A stretch of 64,000 bases of DNA from the human T2T-CHM13v2.0 reference genome, Homo sapiens: assembly GCF_009914755.1 (NCBI RefSeq), contig NC_060925.1; one strand, written 5' to 3'. This document shows positions 41,616-56,600 of this stretch, one piece after another; within the stretch, counting starts at the first letter, position 1, and every line of letters begins with the position of its first letter. The notes under the pieces were generated by a model, which worked only from the letters and a program-made list of their open reading frames with translations, was not told the origin of the DNA and ran no database searches. Position numbers and translations under genes: made by a program.

Positions 41616-44600
41616 ATGGAATCGTCATCGAATGAATTGAATGCAATCATCGAATGGTCTCGAATGGAATCATCTTCTAATGGAAAGGAATGGAATCATC
41701 GCATAGAATCGAATGGAATTATCATCGAATGGAATCGAATGGTATCAACACCAAACGGAAAAAAACGGAATTATCAAATGGAATCGAAGAGAATCTTCGA
41801 ACGGACCCGAATGGAATCATCTAATGGAATGGAATGGAATAATCCATGGACTCGAATGCAATCATCATCGAATGGAATCGAATGGAATCATCGAATGGAC
41901 TCGAATGGAATAATCATTGAACGGAATCGAATGGAATCATCATCGGATGGAAACGAATGGAATCATCATCGAATGGAAATGAAAGGAGTCATCATCTAAT
42001 GGAATTGCATGGAATCATCATAAAATGGAATCGAATGGAATCAACATCAAATGGAATCAAATGGAATCATTGAACGGAATTGAATGGAATCGTCATCGAA
42101 TGAATTGACTGCAATCATCCAATGGTCTCGAATGGAATCATCTTCAAATGGAATGGAATGGAATCATCGCATAGAATCGAATGGAATTATCATCGAATGG
42201 AATCGAATGGAATCAACATCAAACGGAAAAAAACGGAATTATCGAATGGAATCGAAGAGAATCATCGAATGGACCCGAATGGAATCATCTAATGGAATGG
42301 AATGGAATAATCCATGGACTCGAATGCAATCATCATCGAATGGAATCGAATGGAATCATCGAATGGACTCGAATGGAATAATCATTGAACGGAATCGAAT
42401 GGAATCATCATCGGATGGAAATGAATGGAATCATCATCGAATGGAATCGAATAGAATTATGGAATGAAATCCAGTGTGATCATCATCGAATGGACCCGAA
42501 TGGAATCATCATCCAACGGAAGCTAATGGAATCAACATCGAATGAATCAAATGGAAACACCATCGAATTGAAACGAATGGAATTATCATGAAATTGAAAT
42601 GGATGGACTCATCATCGAATGGATTCGAATGGAATCATCGAATAAAATTGATTGAAATCATCATCGAATGGAATCGAATGGTATCATTGAATGGAATCGA
42701 ATGCAATCATCATCAGATGGAAATGAATGGAATCGTCATAGAATGGAATCGAATGGATTCATTGAATGGAATCAGATGGAATCATCGAATGGACTGGAAT
42801 GGAATCATTGAATGGACTCGAAAGGGATCATGATTGAATGGAATTGAATGGAATCATCGAATGGTCTCGATTGGAATCATTATCAAATGGAATCGAATGG
42901 AATCACCGAATAGAATCGAATGGAACAATCATCGAATGGACTCAAATGGAATTATCCTCAAATGGAATCGAATGGAATTATCGAATGCAATCGAATGGAA
43001 TTATCGAATGCAATCGAATAGAATCATCGAAAGGACTCGAATGGAATCATCGAATGGAATGGAATGGAACAGTCAATGAACTCGAATGGAATCATCATTG
43101 AATGGAATCGAATGGAATCATCGAGTGGAATCGAATGGAATTATGATCAAATGGAATCGAATGTAATCATCATCAAATGGAATCAAAAATAACCATCATC
43201 AATTGGTATTGAATGGAATTGTCATCAAATGGAATTCAAAGGAATCATCATCAAATGGAACCGAATGGAATCCTCATTGAATGGAAATGAAAGGGGTCAT
43301 CATCTAATGGAATCGCATGGAATCATCATCAAATGGAATCGAATGGAATCACCATCAAATGGAATCTAATGGAATCATTGAACAGAATTGAATGGAATCG
43401 TCATCGAATGAATTGAATGCAATCATCGAATGGTCTCGAATGGATTCATCTTCTAATGGAAAGGAATGGAATCATCGCATAGAATCGAATGGAATTATCA
43501 TCGAATGGAATCGAATGGTATCAACACCAAACGGAAAAAAACGGAATTATCGAATGGAATCGAAGAGAATCTTCGAACGGACCCGAATGGAATCATCTAA
43601 TGGAATGGAATGGAATAATCCATGGACTCGAATGCAATCATCATCGAATGGAATCGAATGGAATCATCGAATGGACTCGAATGGAATAATCATTGAACGG
43701 AATCGATTGGAATCATCATCGGATGGAAACGAATGGAATCATCATCGAATGGAAATGAAAGGAGTCATCATCTAATGGAATTGCATGGAATCATCATAAA
43801 ATGGAATCGAATGGAATCAACATCAAATGGAATCAAATGGAATCATTGAACGGAATTGAATGGAATCGTCATCGAATGAATTGACTGCAATCATCCAATG
43901 GTCTCGAATGGAATCATCTTCAAATGGAATGGAATGGAATCATCGCATAGAATCGAATGGAATTATCATCGAATGGAATCGAAGGGAATCAACATCCAAC
44001 GGAAAAAAACGGAATTATCGAATGGAATCGAAGAGAATCATCGAATGGACCCGAATGGAATCATGTAATGGAATGGAATGGAATAATCCATGGACTCGAA
44101 TGCAATCATCATCGAATGGAATCGAATGGAATCATCGAATGGACTCGAATGGAATAATCATTGAACGGAATCGAATGGAATCATCATCGGATGGAAATGA
44201 ATGGAATCATCATCGAATGGAATCGAATAGAATTATGGAATGAAATCCAGTGTGATCATCATCGAATGGACCCGAATGGAATCATCATCCAACGGAAGCT
44301 AATGGAATCAACATCGAATGAATCAAATGGAAACACCATCGAATTGAAACGAATGGAATTATCATGAAATTGAAATGGATGGACTCATCATCGAATGGAT
44401 TCGAATGGAATCATCGAATAAAATTGATTGAAATCATCATCGAATGGAATCGAATGGTATCATTGAATGGAATCGAATGGAATCATCATCAGATGGAAAT
44501 GAATGGAATCGTCATAGAATGGAATCGAATGGTTTCATTGAATGGAATCAGATGGAATCATCGAATGGACTGGAATGGAATCATTGAATGGACTCGATAG

Positions 44601-47600
44601 GGATCATTATTGAATGGAATTGAATGGAATCATCGAATGGTCTCGATTGGAATCATTATCAAATGGAATCGAATGGAATCACCGAATAGAATCGAATGGA
44701 ACAATCATCGAATGGACTCAAATGGAATTATCCTCAAATGGAATCGAATGGAATTATCGAATGCAATCGAATGGAATTATCGAATGCAATCGAATAGAAT
44801 CATCGAATGGACTCGAATGGAATCATCGAATGGAATGGAATGGAACAGTCAATGAACTCGAATGGAATCATCATTGAATGGAATCGAATGGAATCATCGA
44901 GTGGAATCGAATGGAATTATGATCAAATGGAATCGAATGTAATCATCATCAAATGGAATCAAAAATAACCATCATCAATTGGTATTGAATGGAATTGTCA
45001 TCAAATGGAATTCAAAGGAATCATCATCAAATGGAACCGAATGGAATCCTCATTGAATGGAAATGAAAGGGGTCATCATCTAATGGAATCGCATGGAATC
45101 ATCATAAAATGGAATCGAATGGAATCAACATCAAATGGAATCAAATGGAATCATTGAACGGAATTGAATGGAATCGTCATCGAATGAATTGGATGCAATC
45201 ATCGAATGGTCTCGAATGGAATCTTCTTCAAATGGAATGGAATGGAATCATCGCATAGAATCGAATGGAATTATCATCGAATGGAATCGAATGGAATCAA
45301 CATCAAACGGAAAAAAACGGAATTATCGAATGGAATCGAAGAGAATCATCGAATGGTCCCGAATGGAATCATCTAATGGAATGGAATGGAATAATCCATG
45401 GACTCGAATGCAATCATCATCAAATGGAATCGAATGGAATCATCGAATGAACTCGAATGAAATCATCATTGAATGGAATCGAATGGAATCATCGAGTGGA
45501 ATCGAATGGAATTATGATCAAATGGAATCGAATGTAATCATCATCAAATGGAATCAAAAATAACCATCATCAATTGGTATTCAATGGAATTGTCATCAAA
45601 TGGAATTCAAAGGAATCATCATCAAATGGAACCGAATGGAATCCTCATTGAATGGAAATGAAAGGGGTCATCATCTAATGGAATCACATGGAATCATCAT
45701 CAAATGGAATCGAATGGAATCTTCATCAAATGGAATCTAATGGAATCATTGAACAGAATTGAATGGAATCGTCATCGAATGAATTGAATGCAATCATCGA
45801 ATGGTCTCGAATGGAATCATCTTCTAATGGAAAGGAATGGAAACATCGCATAGAATCGAATGGAATTATCATCGAATGGTATCGAATGGTATCAACACCA
45901 AACGGAAAAAAACGGAATTATCGAAAGGAATCGAAGAGAATCTTCGAACGGACCCGAATGGAATCATCTAATGGAATGGAATGGAATAATCCATGGACTC
46001 GAATGCAATCATCATCGAATGGAATCGAATGGAATCATCGAATGGACTCGAATGGAATAATCATTGAACGGAATCGAATGGAATCATCATCGGATGGAAA
46101 TGAATGGAATCATCATCGAATGGAATCGAATAGAATTATGGAATGAAATCCAGTGTGATCATCATCGAATGGACCCGAATGGAATCATCATCCAACAGAA
46201 GCTAATGGAATCAACATCGAATGAATCGAATGGAAACACCATCGAATTCAAACGAATGGAATTACCATGAAATTGAAATGGATGGACTCATCATCGAATG
46301 GATTCGGATGGAATCATCGAATAAAATTGATTGAAATCATCATCGAATGAAATCGAATGGTATCATTGAATGGAATCGAATGGAATCATCATCAGATGGA
46401 AATGAATGGAATCGTCATAGAATGGAATCGAATGGATTCATTGAATGGAATCAGATGGAATCATCGAATGGACTGGAATGGAATCATTGAATGGACTCGA
46501 AAGGGATCATGATTGAATGGAATTGAATGGAATCATCGAATGGTCTCGATTGGAATCATTATTAAATGGAATCGAATGGAATCACCGAATAGAATCGAAT
46601 GGAACAATCATCGAATGGACTCAAATGGAATTATCCTTAAATGGAATCGAATGGAATTATCGAATGCAATCGAATAGAATCATCGAATGGACTCGAATGG
46701 AATCATCGAATGGAATGGAATGGAACAGTCAATGAACTCGAATGGAATCATCATTGAATGGAATCGAATGGAATCATCGAGTGGAATCGAATGGAATTAT
46801 GATCAAATGGAATCGAATCTAATCATCATCAAATGGAATCAAAAATAACCATCATCAATTGGTATTGAATGGAATTGTCATCAAATGGAATTCAAAGGAA
46901 TCATCATCAAATGGAACCGAATGGAATCCTCATTGAATGGAAATGAAAGGGGTCATCATCTAATGGAATCGCATGGAATCATCATCAAATGGAATCGAAT
47001 GGAATCATCATCAAATGGAATCTAATGGAATCATTGAACAGAATTGAATGGAATCGTCATCGAATGAATTGAATGCAATCATCGAATGGTCTCGAATGGA
47101 ATCATCTTCTAATGGAAAGGAATGGAATCATCGCTTAGAATCGAATGGAATTATCATCGAATGGAATCGAATGGTATCAACACCAAACGGAAAAAAACGG
47201 AATTATCGAATGGAATCGAAGAGAATCTTCGAACGGACCCGAATGGAATCATCTAATGGAATGGAATGGAATAATCCATGGACTCGAATGCAATCATCAT
47301 CGAATGGAATCGAATGGAATCATCGAATGGACTCGAATGGAATAATCATTGAACGGAATCGAATGGAATCATCATCGGATGGAAACGAATGGAATCATCA
47401 TCGAATGGAAATGAAAGGAGTCATCATCTAATGGAATTGCATGGAATCATCATAAAATGGAATCGAATGGAATCAACATCAAATGGAATCAAATGGAATC
47501 ATTGAACGGAATTGAATGGAATCGTCATCGAATGAATTGAATGCAATCATCGAATGGTCTCGAATGGAATCATCTTCAAATGGAATGGAATGGAATCATC

Positions 47601-50600
47601 GCATAGAATCGAATGGAATTATCATCGAATGGAATCGAATGGAATCAACATCGGATGGAAACGAATGGAATCATCATCGAATGGAAATGAAAGGAGTCAT
47701 CATCTAATGGAATTGCATGGAATCATCATAAAATGGAATCGAATGGAATCATCATCAAATGGAATCTAATGGAATCATTGAACAGAATTGAATGGAATCG
47801 TCATCGAATGAATTGACTGCAATCATCGAATGGTCTCGAATGTAATCACATTCTAATGGAAAGGAATGGAATCATCGCATAGAATCGAATGGAATTAACA
47901 TTGAATGGACTCGAATGGAATCAACATCAAACGGAATCAAGCGGAATTATCGAATGGAATCGAAGAGAATCATCGAATGGTCTCGAATGGAATCATCTTC
48001 AAATGGAATGGAATGGAATCATCGCATAGAATCGAATGGAATTATCATCGAATGGAATCGAATGGAATCAACATCAAACGGAAAAAAACGGAATTATCGA
48101 ATGGAATCGAAGAGAATCATCGAATGGACCCGAATGGAATCATCTAATGGAATGGAATGGAATAATCCATGGACTCGAATGCAATCATCATCGAATGGAA
48201 TCGAATGGAATCATCGAATGGACTCGAATGGAATAATCATTGAACGGAATCGAATGGAATAATCATCGGATGGAAATGAATGGAATCATCATCGAATGGA
48301 ATCGAATAGAATTATGGAATGAAATCCAGTGTGATCATCATCGAATGGACCCGAATGGAATCATCATCCAACGGAAGCTAATGGAATCAACATCGAATGA
48401 ATCGAATGGAAACACCATCGAATTGAAACGAATGGAATTATCATGAAATTGAAATGGATGGACTCATCATCGGATGGATTCGAATGGAATCATCGAATAA
48501 AATTGATTGAAATCATCATCCAATGGAATCGAATGGTATCATTGAATGGAATCGAATGGAATCATCATCAGATGGAAATGAATGGAATCGTCATAGAATG
48601 GAATCGAATGGATTCATTGAATGGAATCAGATGGAATCATCGAATGGACTGGAATGGAATCATTGAATGGACTCGAAAGGGATCATGATTGAATGGAATT
48701 GAATGGAATCATCGAATGGTCTCGATTGGAATCATTATCAAATGGAATCGAATGGAATCACCGAATAGAATCGAATGGAACAATCATCGAATGGACTCAA
48801 ATGGAATTATCCTCAAATGGAATCGAATGGAATTATCGAATGCAATCGAATGGAATTATCGAATGCAATCGAATAGAATCATCGAATGGACTCGAATGGA
48901 ATCATCGAATGGAATGGAATGGAACAGTCAATGAACTCGAATGGAATCATCATTGAATGGAATCGAATGGAATCATCGAGTGGAATCGAATGGAATTATG
49001 ATCAAATGCAATCGAATGTAATCCTCATCAAATGGAATCAAAAATAACCATCATCAATTGGTATTGAATGGAATTGTCATCAAATGGAATTCAAAGGAAT
49101 CATCATCAAATGGAACCGAATGGAATCCTCATTGAATGGAAATGAAAGGGGTCATCATCTAATGGAATCGCATGGAATCATCATCAAATGGAATCGAATG
49201 GAATCATCATCAAATGGAATCTAATGGAATCATTGAACAGAATTGAATGGAATCGTCATCGAATGAATTGAATGCAATCATCGAATGGTCTCGAACGGAA
49301 TCATCTTCTAATGGAAAGGAATGGAATCATCGCATAGAATCGAATGGAATTATCATCGAATGGAATCGAATGGTATCAACACCAAACGGAAAAAAACGGA
49401 ATTATCGAATGGAATCGAAGAGAATCTTCGAACGGACCCGAATGGAATCATCTAATGGAATGGAATGGAATAATCCATGGACTCGAATGCAATCATCATC
49501 GAATGGAATCGAATGGAATCATCGAATGGACTCGAATGGAATAATCATTGAACGGAATCGAATGGAATCATCATCGGATGGAAACGAATGGAATCATCAT
49601 CGAATGGAAATGAAAGGAGTCATCATCTAATGGAATTGCATGGAATCATCATAAAATGGAATCGAATGGAATCAACATCAAATGGAATCAAATGGAATCA
49701 TTGAACGGAATTGAATGGAATCGTCATCGAATGAATTGACTGCAATCATCGAATGGTCTCGAATGGAATCATCTTCAAATGGAATGGAATGGAATCATCG
49801 CATACAATCGAATGGAATTATCATCGAATGGCATCGAATGGAATCAACATCCAACGGAAAAAAACGGAATTATCGAATGGAATCGAAGAGAATCATCGAA
49901 TGGACCCGAATGGAATCATCTAATGGAATGGAATGGAATAATCCATGGACTCGAATGCAATCATCATCGAATGGAATCGAATGGAATCATCGAATGGACT
50001 CGAATGGAATAATCATTGAACGGAATCGAATGGAATCATCATCGGATGGAAATGAATGGAATCATCATCGAATGGAATCGAATAGAATTATGGAATGAAA
50101 TCCAGTGTGATCATCATCGAATGGACCCGAATGGAATCATCATCCAACGGAAGCTAATGGAATCAACATCGAATGAATCGAATGGAAACACCATCGAATT
50201 GAAACGAATGGAATTACCATGAAATTGAAATGGATGGACTCATCATCGAATGGATTCGAATGGAATCATCGAATAAAATTGATTGAAATCATCATCGAAT
50301 GGTATCGAATGGTATCATTGAATGGAATCGAATGGAATCATCCTCAGATGGAAATGAATGGAATCGTCATAGAATGGAATCGAATGGATTCATTGAATGG
50401 AATCAGATGGAATCATCGAATGGACTGGAATGGAATCATTGAATGGACTCGAAAGGGATCATGATTGAATGGAATTGAATGGAATCATCGAATGGTCTCG
50501 ATTGGAATCATTATCAAATGGAATCGAATGGAATCACCGAATAGAATCGAATGGAACAATCATCGAATGGACTCAAATGGAATTATCCTCAAATGGAATC

Positions 50601-53600
50601 GAATGGAATTATCGAATGCAATCGAATGGAATTATCGAATGCAATCGAATAGAATCATCGAATGGACTCGAATGGAATCATCGAATGGAATGGAATGGAA
50701 CAGTCAATGAACTCGAATGGAATCATCATTGAATGGAATCGAATGGAATCATCGAGTGGAATCGAATGGAATTATGATCAAATGCAATCGAATGTAATCA
50801 TCATCAAATGGAATCAAAAATAACCATCATCAATTGGTATTGAATGGAATTGTCATCAAATGGAATTCAAAGGAATCATCATCAAATGGAACCGAATGGA
50901 ATCCTCATTGAATGGAAATGAAAGGGGTCATCATCTAATGGAATCGCATGGAATCATCATAAAATGGAATCGAATGGAATCAACATCAAATGGAATCAAA
51001 TGGAATCATTGAACGGAATTGAATGGAATCGTCATCGAATGAATTGGATGCAATCATCGAATGGTCTCGAATGGAATCTTCTTCAAATGGAATGGAATGG
51101 AATCATCGCATAGAATCGAATGGAATTATCATCAAATGGAATCGAATGGAATCAACATCAAACGGAAAAAAACGGAATTATCGAATGGAACCGAAGAGAA
51201 TCATCGAATGGACCCGAATGGAATCATCTAATAGAATGGAATGGAATAATCCATGGACTCGAATGCAATCATCATCGAATGGAATCGAATGGAATCATCG
51301 AATGGACTCGAATGGAATAATCATTGAACGGAATCGATTGGAATCATCATCGGATGGAAACGAATGGAATCATCATCGAATGGAAATGAAAGGAGTCATC
51401 ATCTAATGGAATTGCATGGAATCATCATAAAATGGAATCGAATGGAATCAACATCAAATGGAATCAAATGGAATCATTGAACGGAATTGAATGGAATCGT
51501 CATCGAATGAATTGACTGCAATCATCCAATGGTCTCGAATGGAATCATCTTCAAATGGAATGGAATGGAATCATCGCATAGAAGCGAATGGAATTATCAT
51601 CGAATGGAATCGAATGGAATCAACATCCAACGGAAAAAAACGGAATTATCGAATGGAATCGAAGAGAATCATCGAATGGACCCGAATGGAATCATCTAAT
51701 GGAATGGAATGGAATAATCCATGGACTCGAATGCAATCATCATCGAATGGAATCGAATGGAATCATCGAATGGACTCGAATGGAATAATCATTGAACGGA
51801 ATCGAATGGAATCATCATCGGATGGAAATGAATGGAATCATCATCGAATGGAATCGAATAGAATTATGGAATGAAATCCAGTGTGATCATCATCGAATGG
51901 ACCCGAATGGAATCATCATCCAACGGAAGCTAATGGAATCAACATCGAATGAATCAAATGGAAACACCATCGAATTGAAACGAATGGAATTATCATGAAA
52001 TTGAAATGGATGGACTCATCATCGAATGGATTCGAAAGGAATCATCGAATAAAATTGATTGAAATCATCATCGAATGGAATCGAATGGTATCATTGAATG
52101 GAATCGAATGGAATCATCATCAGATGGAAATGAATGGAATCGTCATAGAATGGAATCGAATGGATTCATTGAATGGAATCAGATGGAATCATCGAATGGA
52201 CTGGAATGGAATCATTGAATGGACTCGAAAGGGATCATGATTGAATGGAATTGAATGGAATCATCGAATGGTCTCGATTGGAATCATTATCAAATGGAAT
52301 CGAATGGAATCACCGAATAGAATCGAATGGAACAATCATCGAATGGACTCAAATGGAATTATCCTCCAATGGAATCGAATGGAATTATCGAATGCAATCG
52401 AATGGAATTATCGAATGCAATCGAATAGAATCATCGAATGGACTCGAATGGAATCATCGAATGGAATGGAATGGAACAGTCAATGAACTCGAATGGAATC
52501 ATCATTGAATGGAATCGAATGGAATCATCGAGTGGAATCGAATGGAATTATGATCAAATGGAATCGAATGTAATCATCATCAAATGGAATCAAAAATAAC
52601 CATCATCAATTGGTATTGAATGGAATTGTCATCAAATGGAATTCAAAGGAATCAATATCAAATGGAACCGAATGGAATCCTCATTGAATGGAAATGAAAG
52701 GGGTCATCATCTAATGGAATCGCATGGAATCATCATCAAATGGAATCGAATGGAATCATCATCAAATGGAATCTAATGGAATCATTGAACAGAATTGAAT
52801 GGAATCGTCATCGAATGAATTGAATGCAATCATCGAATGGTCTCGAATGGAATCATCTTCTAATGGAAAGGAATGGAATCATCGCATAGAATCGAATGGA
52901 ATTATCATCGAATGGAATCGAATGGTATCAACACCAAACGGAAAAAAACGGAATTATCGAATGGAATCGAAGAGAATCTTCGAACGGACCCGAATGGAAT
53001 CATCTAATGGAATGGAATGGAATAATCCATGGACTCGAATGCAATCATCATCGAATGGAATCGAATGGAACCATCGAATGGACTCGAATGGAATAATCAT
53101 TGAACGGAATCGAATGGAATCATCATCGGATGGAAACGAATGGAATCATCATCGAATGGAAATGAAAGGAGTCATCATCTAATGGAATTGCATGGAATCA
53201 TCATAAAATGGAATCGAATGGAATCAACATCAAATGGAATCAAATGGAATCATTGAACGGAATTGAATGGAATCGTCATCGAATGAATTGACTGCAATCA
53301 TCCAATGGTCTCGAATGGAATCATCTTCAAATGGAATGGAATGGAATCATCGCATAGAATCGAATGGAATTATCATCGAATGGAATCGAATGGAATCAAC
53401 ATCAAACGGAAAAAAACGGAATTATCGAATGGAATCGAAGAGAATCATCGAATGGACCCGAATGGAATCATCTAATGGAATGGAATGGAATAATCCATGG
53501 ACTCGAATGCAATCATCATCGAATGGAATCGAATGGAATCATCGAATGGACTCGAATGGAATAATCATTGAACGGAATCGAATGGAATCATCATCGGATG

Positions 53601-56600
53601 GAAATGAATGGAATCATCATCGAATGGAATCGAATAGAATTATGGAATGAAATCCAGTGTGATCATCATCGAATGGACCCGAATGGAATCATCATCCAAC
53701 GGAAGCTAATGGAATCAACATCGAATGAATCGAATGGAAACACCATCGAATTGAAACGAATGGAATTATCATGAAATTGAAATAGATGGACTCATCATCG
53801 AATGGATTCGAATGGAATCATCGAATAAAATTGATTGAAATCATCATCGAATGGAATCGAATGGTATCATTGAATGGAATCGAATGGAATCATCAATAGA
53901 TGGAAATGAATGGAATCGTCATAGAATGGAATCGAATGGATTCATTGAATGGAATCAGATGGAATCATCGAATGGACTGGAATGGAATCATTGAATGGAC
54001 TCGAAAGGGATCATGATTGAATGGAATTGAATGGAATCATCGAATGGTCTCGATTGGAATCATTATCAAATGGAATCGAATGGAATCACCGAATAGAATC
54101 GAATGGAACAATCATCGAATGGACTCAAATGGAATTATCCTCAAATGGAATCGAATGGAATTATCGAATGCAATCGAATGGAATTTTCGAATGCAATCGA
54201 ATAGAATCATCGAATGGACTCGAATGGAATCATCGAATGGAATGGAATGGAACAGTCAATGAACACGAATGGAATCATCATTGAATGGAATCGAATGGAA
54301 TCATCGAGTGGAATCGAATTGAATTATGATCAAATGGAATCGAATGTAATCATCATCAAATGGAATCAAAAATAACCATCATCAATTGCTATTGAATGGA
54401 ATTGTCATCAAATGGAATTCAAAGGAATCATCATCAAATGGAACCGAATGGAATCCTCATTGAATGGAAATGAAAGGGGTCATCATCTAATGGAATCGCA
54501 TGGAATCATCATCAAATGGAATCAAATGGAATCATCATCAAATGGAATCTAATGGAATCATTGAACAGAATTGAATGGAATCGTCATCGAATGAATTGAA
54601 TGCAATCATCGAATGGTCTCGAATGGAATCATCTTCTAATGGAAAGGAATGGAATCATCGCATAGAATCGAATGGAATTATCATCGAATGGAATCGAATG
54701 GTATCAACACCAAACGGAAAAAAACGGAATTATCGAATGGAATCGAAGAGAATCTTCGAACGGACCCGAATGGAATCATCTAATGGAATGGAATGGAATA
54801 ATCCATGGACTCGAATGCAATCATCATCGAATGGAATCGAATGGAATCATCGAATGGACTCGAATGGAATAATCATTGAACGGAATCGAATGGAATCATC
54901 ATCGGATGGAAACGAATGGAATCATCATCGAATGGAAATGAAAGGAGTCATCATCTAATGCAATTGCATGGAATCATCATCAAATGGAATCGAATGGAAT
55001 CAACATCAAATGGAATCTAATGGAATCATTGAACAGAATTGAATGGAATCGTCATCGAATGAATTGACTGCAATCATCGAATGGTCTCGAATGGAATCAT
55101 CTTCAAATGGAATGGAATGGAATCATCGCATAGAATCGAATGGAATTATCATCGAATGGAATCGAATGGAATCAACATCAAACGGAAATAAACAGAATTA
55201 TCGAATGGAATCGAAGAGAATCATCGCATGGACCCGAATGGAATCATCTAATGGAATGGAATGGAATAATCCATGGACTCGAATGCAATCATCATCGAAT
55301 GGAATCGAATGGAATCATCGAGTGGACTCGAATGGAATAATCATTGAACGGAATCGAATGGAATCATCATCGGATGGAAATGAATGGAATCATCATCGAA
55401 TGGAATCGAATAGAATTATGGAATGAAATCCAGTGTGATCATCATCGAATGGACCCGAATGGAATCATCATCCAACGGAAGCTAATGGAATCAACATCGA
55501 ATGAATCAAATGGAAACACCATCGAATTGAAACGAATGGAATTATCATGAAATTGAAATGGATGGACTCATCATCGAATGGATTCGAATGGAATCATCGA
55601 ATAAAATTGATTGAAATCATCATCGAATGGAATCGAATGGTATCATTGAATGGAATCGAATGGAATCATCATCAGATGGAAATGAATGGAATCGTCATAG
55701 AATGGAATCGAATGGATTCATTGAATGGAATCAGATGGAATCATCGAATGGACTGGAATGGAATCATTGAATGGACTCGAAAGGGATCATGATTGAATGG
55801 AATTGAATGGAATCATCGAATGGTCTCGATTGGAATCATTATCAAATGGAATCGAATGGAATCACCGAATAGAATCGAATGGAACAATCATCGAATGGAC
55901 TCAAATGGAATTATCCTCAAATGGAATCGAATGGAATTATCGAATGCAATCTAATGGAATTATCGAATGCAATCGAATAGAATCATCGAATGGACTCGAA
56001 TGGAATCATCGAATGGAATGGAATGGAACAGTCAATGAACTCGAATGGAATCATCATTGAATGGAATCGAATGGAATCATCGAGTGGAATCGAATGGAAT
56101 TATGATCAAATGCAATCGAATGTAATCCTCATCAAATGGAATCAAAAATAACCATCATCAATTGGTATTGAATGGAATTGTCATCAAATGGAATTCAAAG
56201 GAATCATCATCAAATGGAACCGAATGGAATCCTCATTGAATGGAAATGAAAGGGGTCATCATCTAATGGAATCGCATGGAATCATCATCAAATGGAATCG
56301 AATGGAATCATCATCAAATGGAATCTAATGGAATCATTGAACAGAATTGAATGGAATCGTCATCGAATGAATTGAATGCAATCATCGAATGGTCTCGAAT
56401 GGAATCATCTTCTAATGGAAAGGAATGGAATCATCGCATAGAATCGAATGGAATTATCATTGAATGGAATCGAATGGTATCAACACCAAACGGAAAAAAA
56501 CGGAATTATCGAATGGAATCGAAGAGAATCTTCGAACGGACCCGAATGGAATCATCTAATGGAATGGAATGGAATAATCCATGGACTCGAATGCAATCAT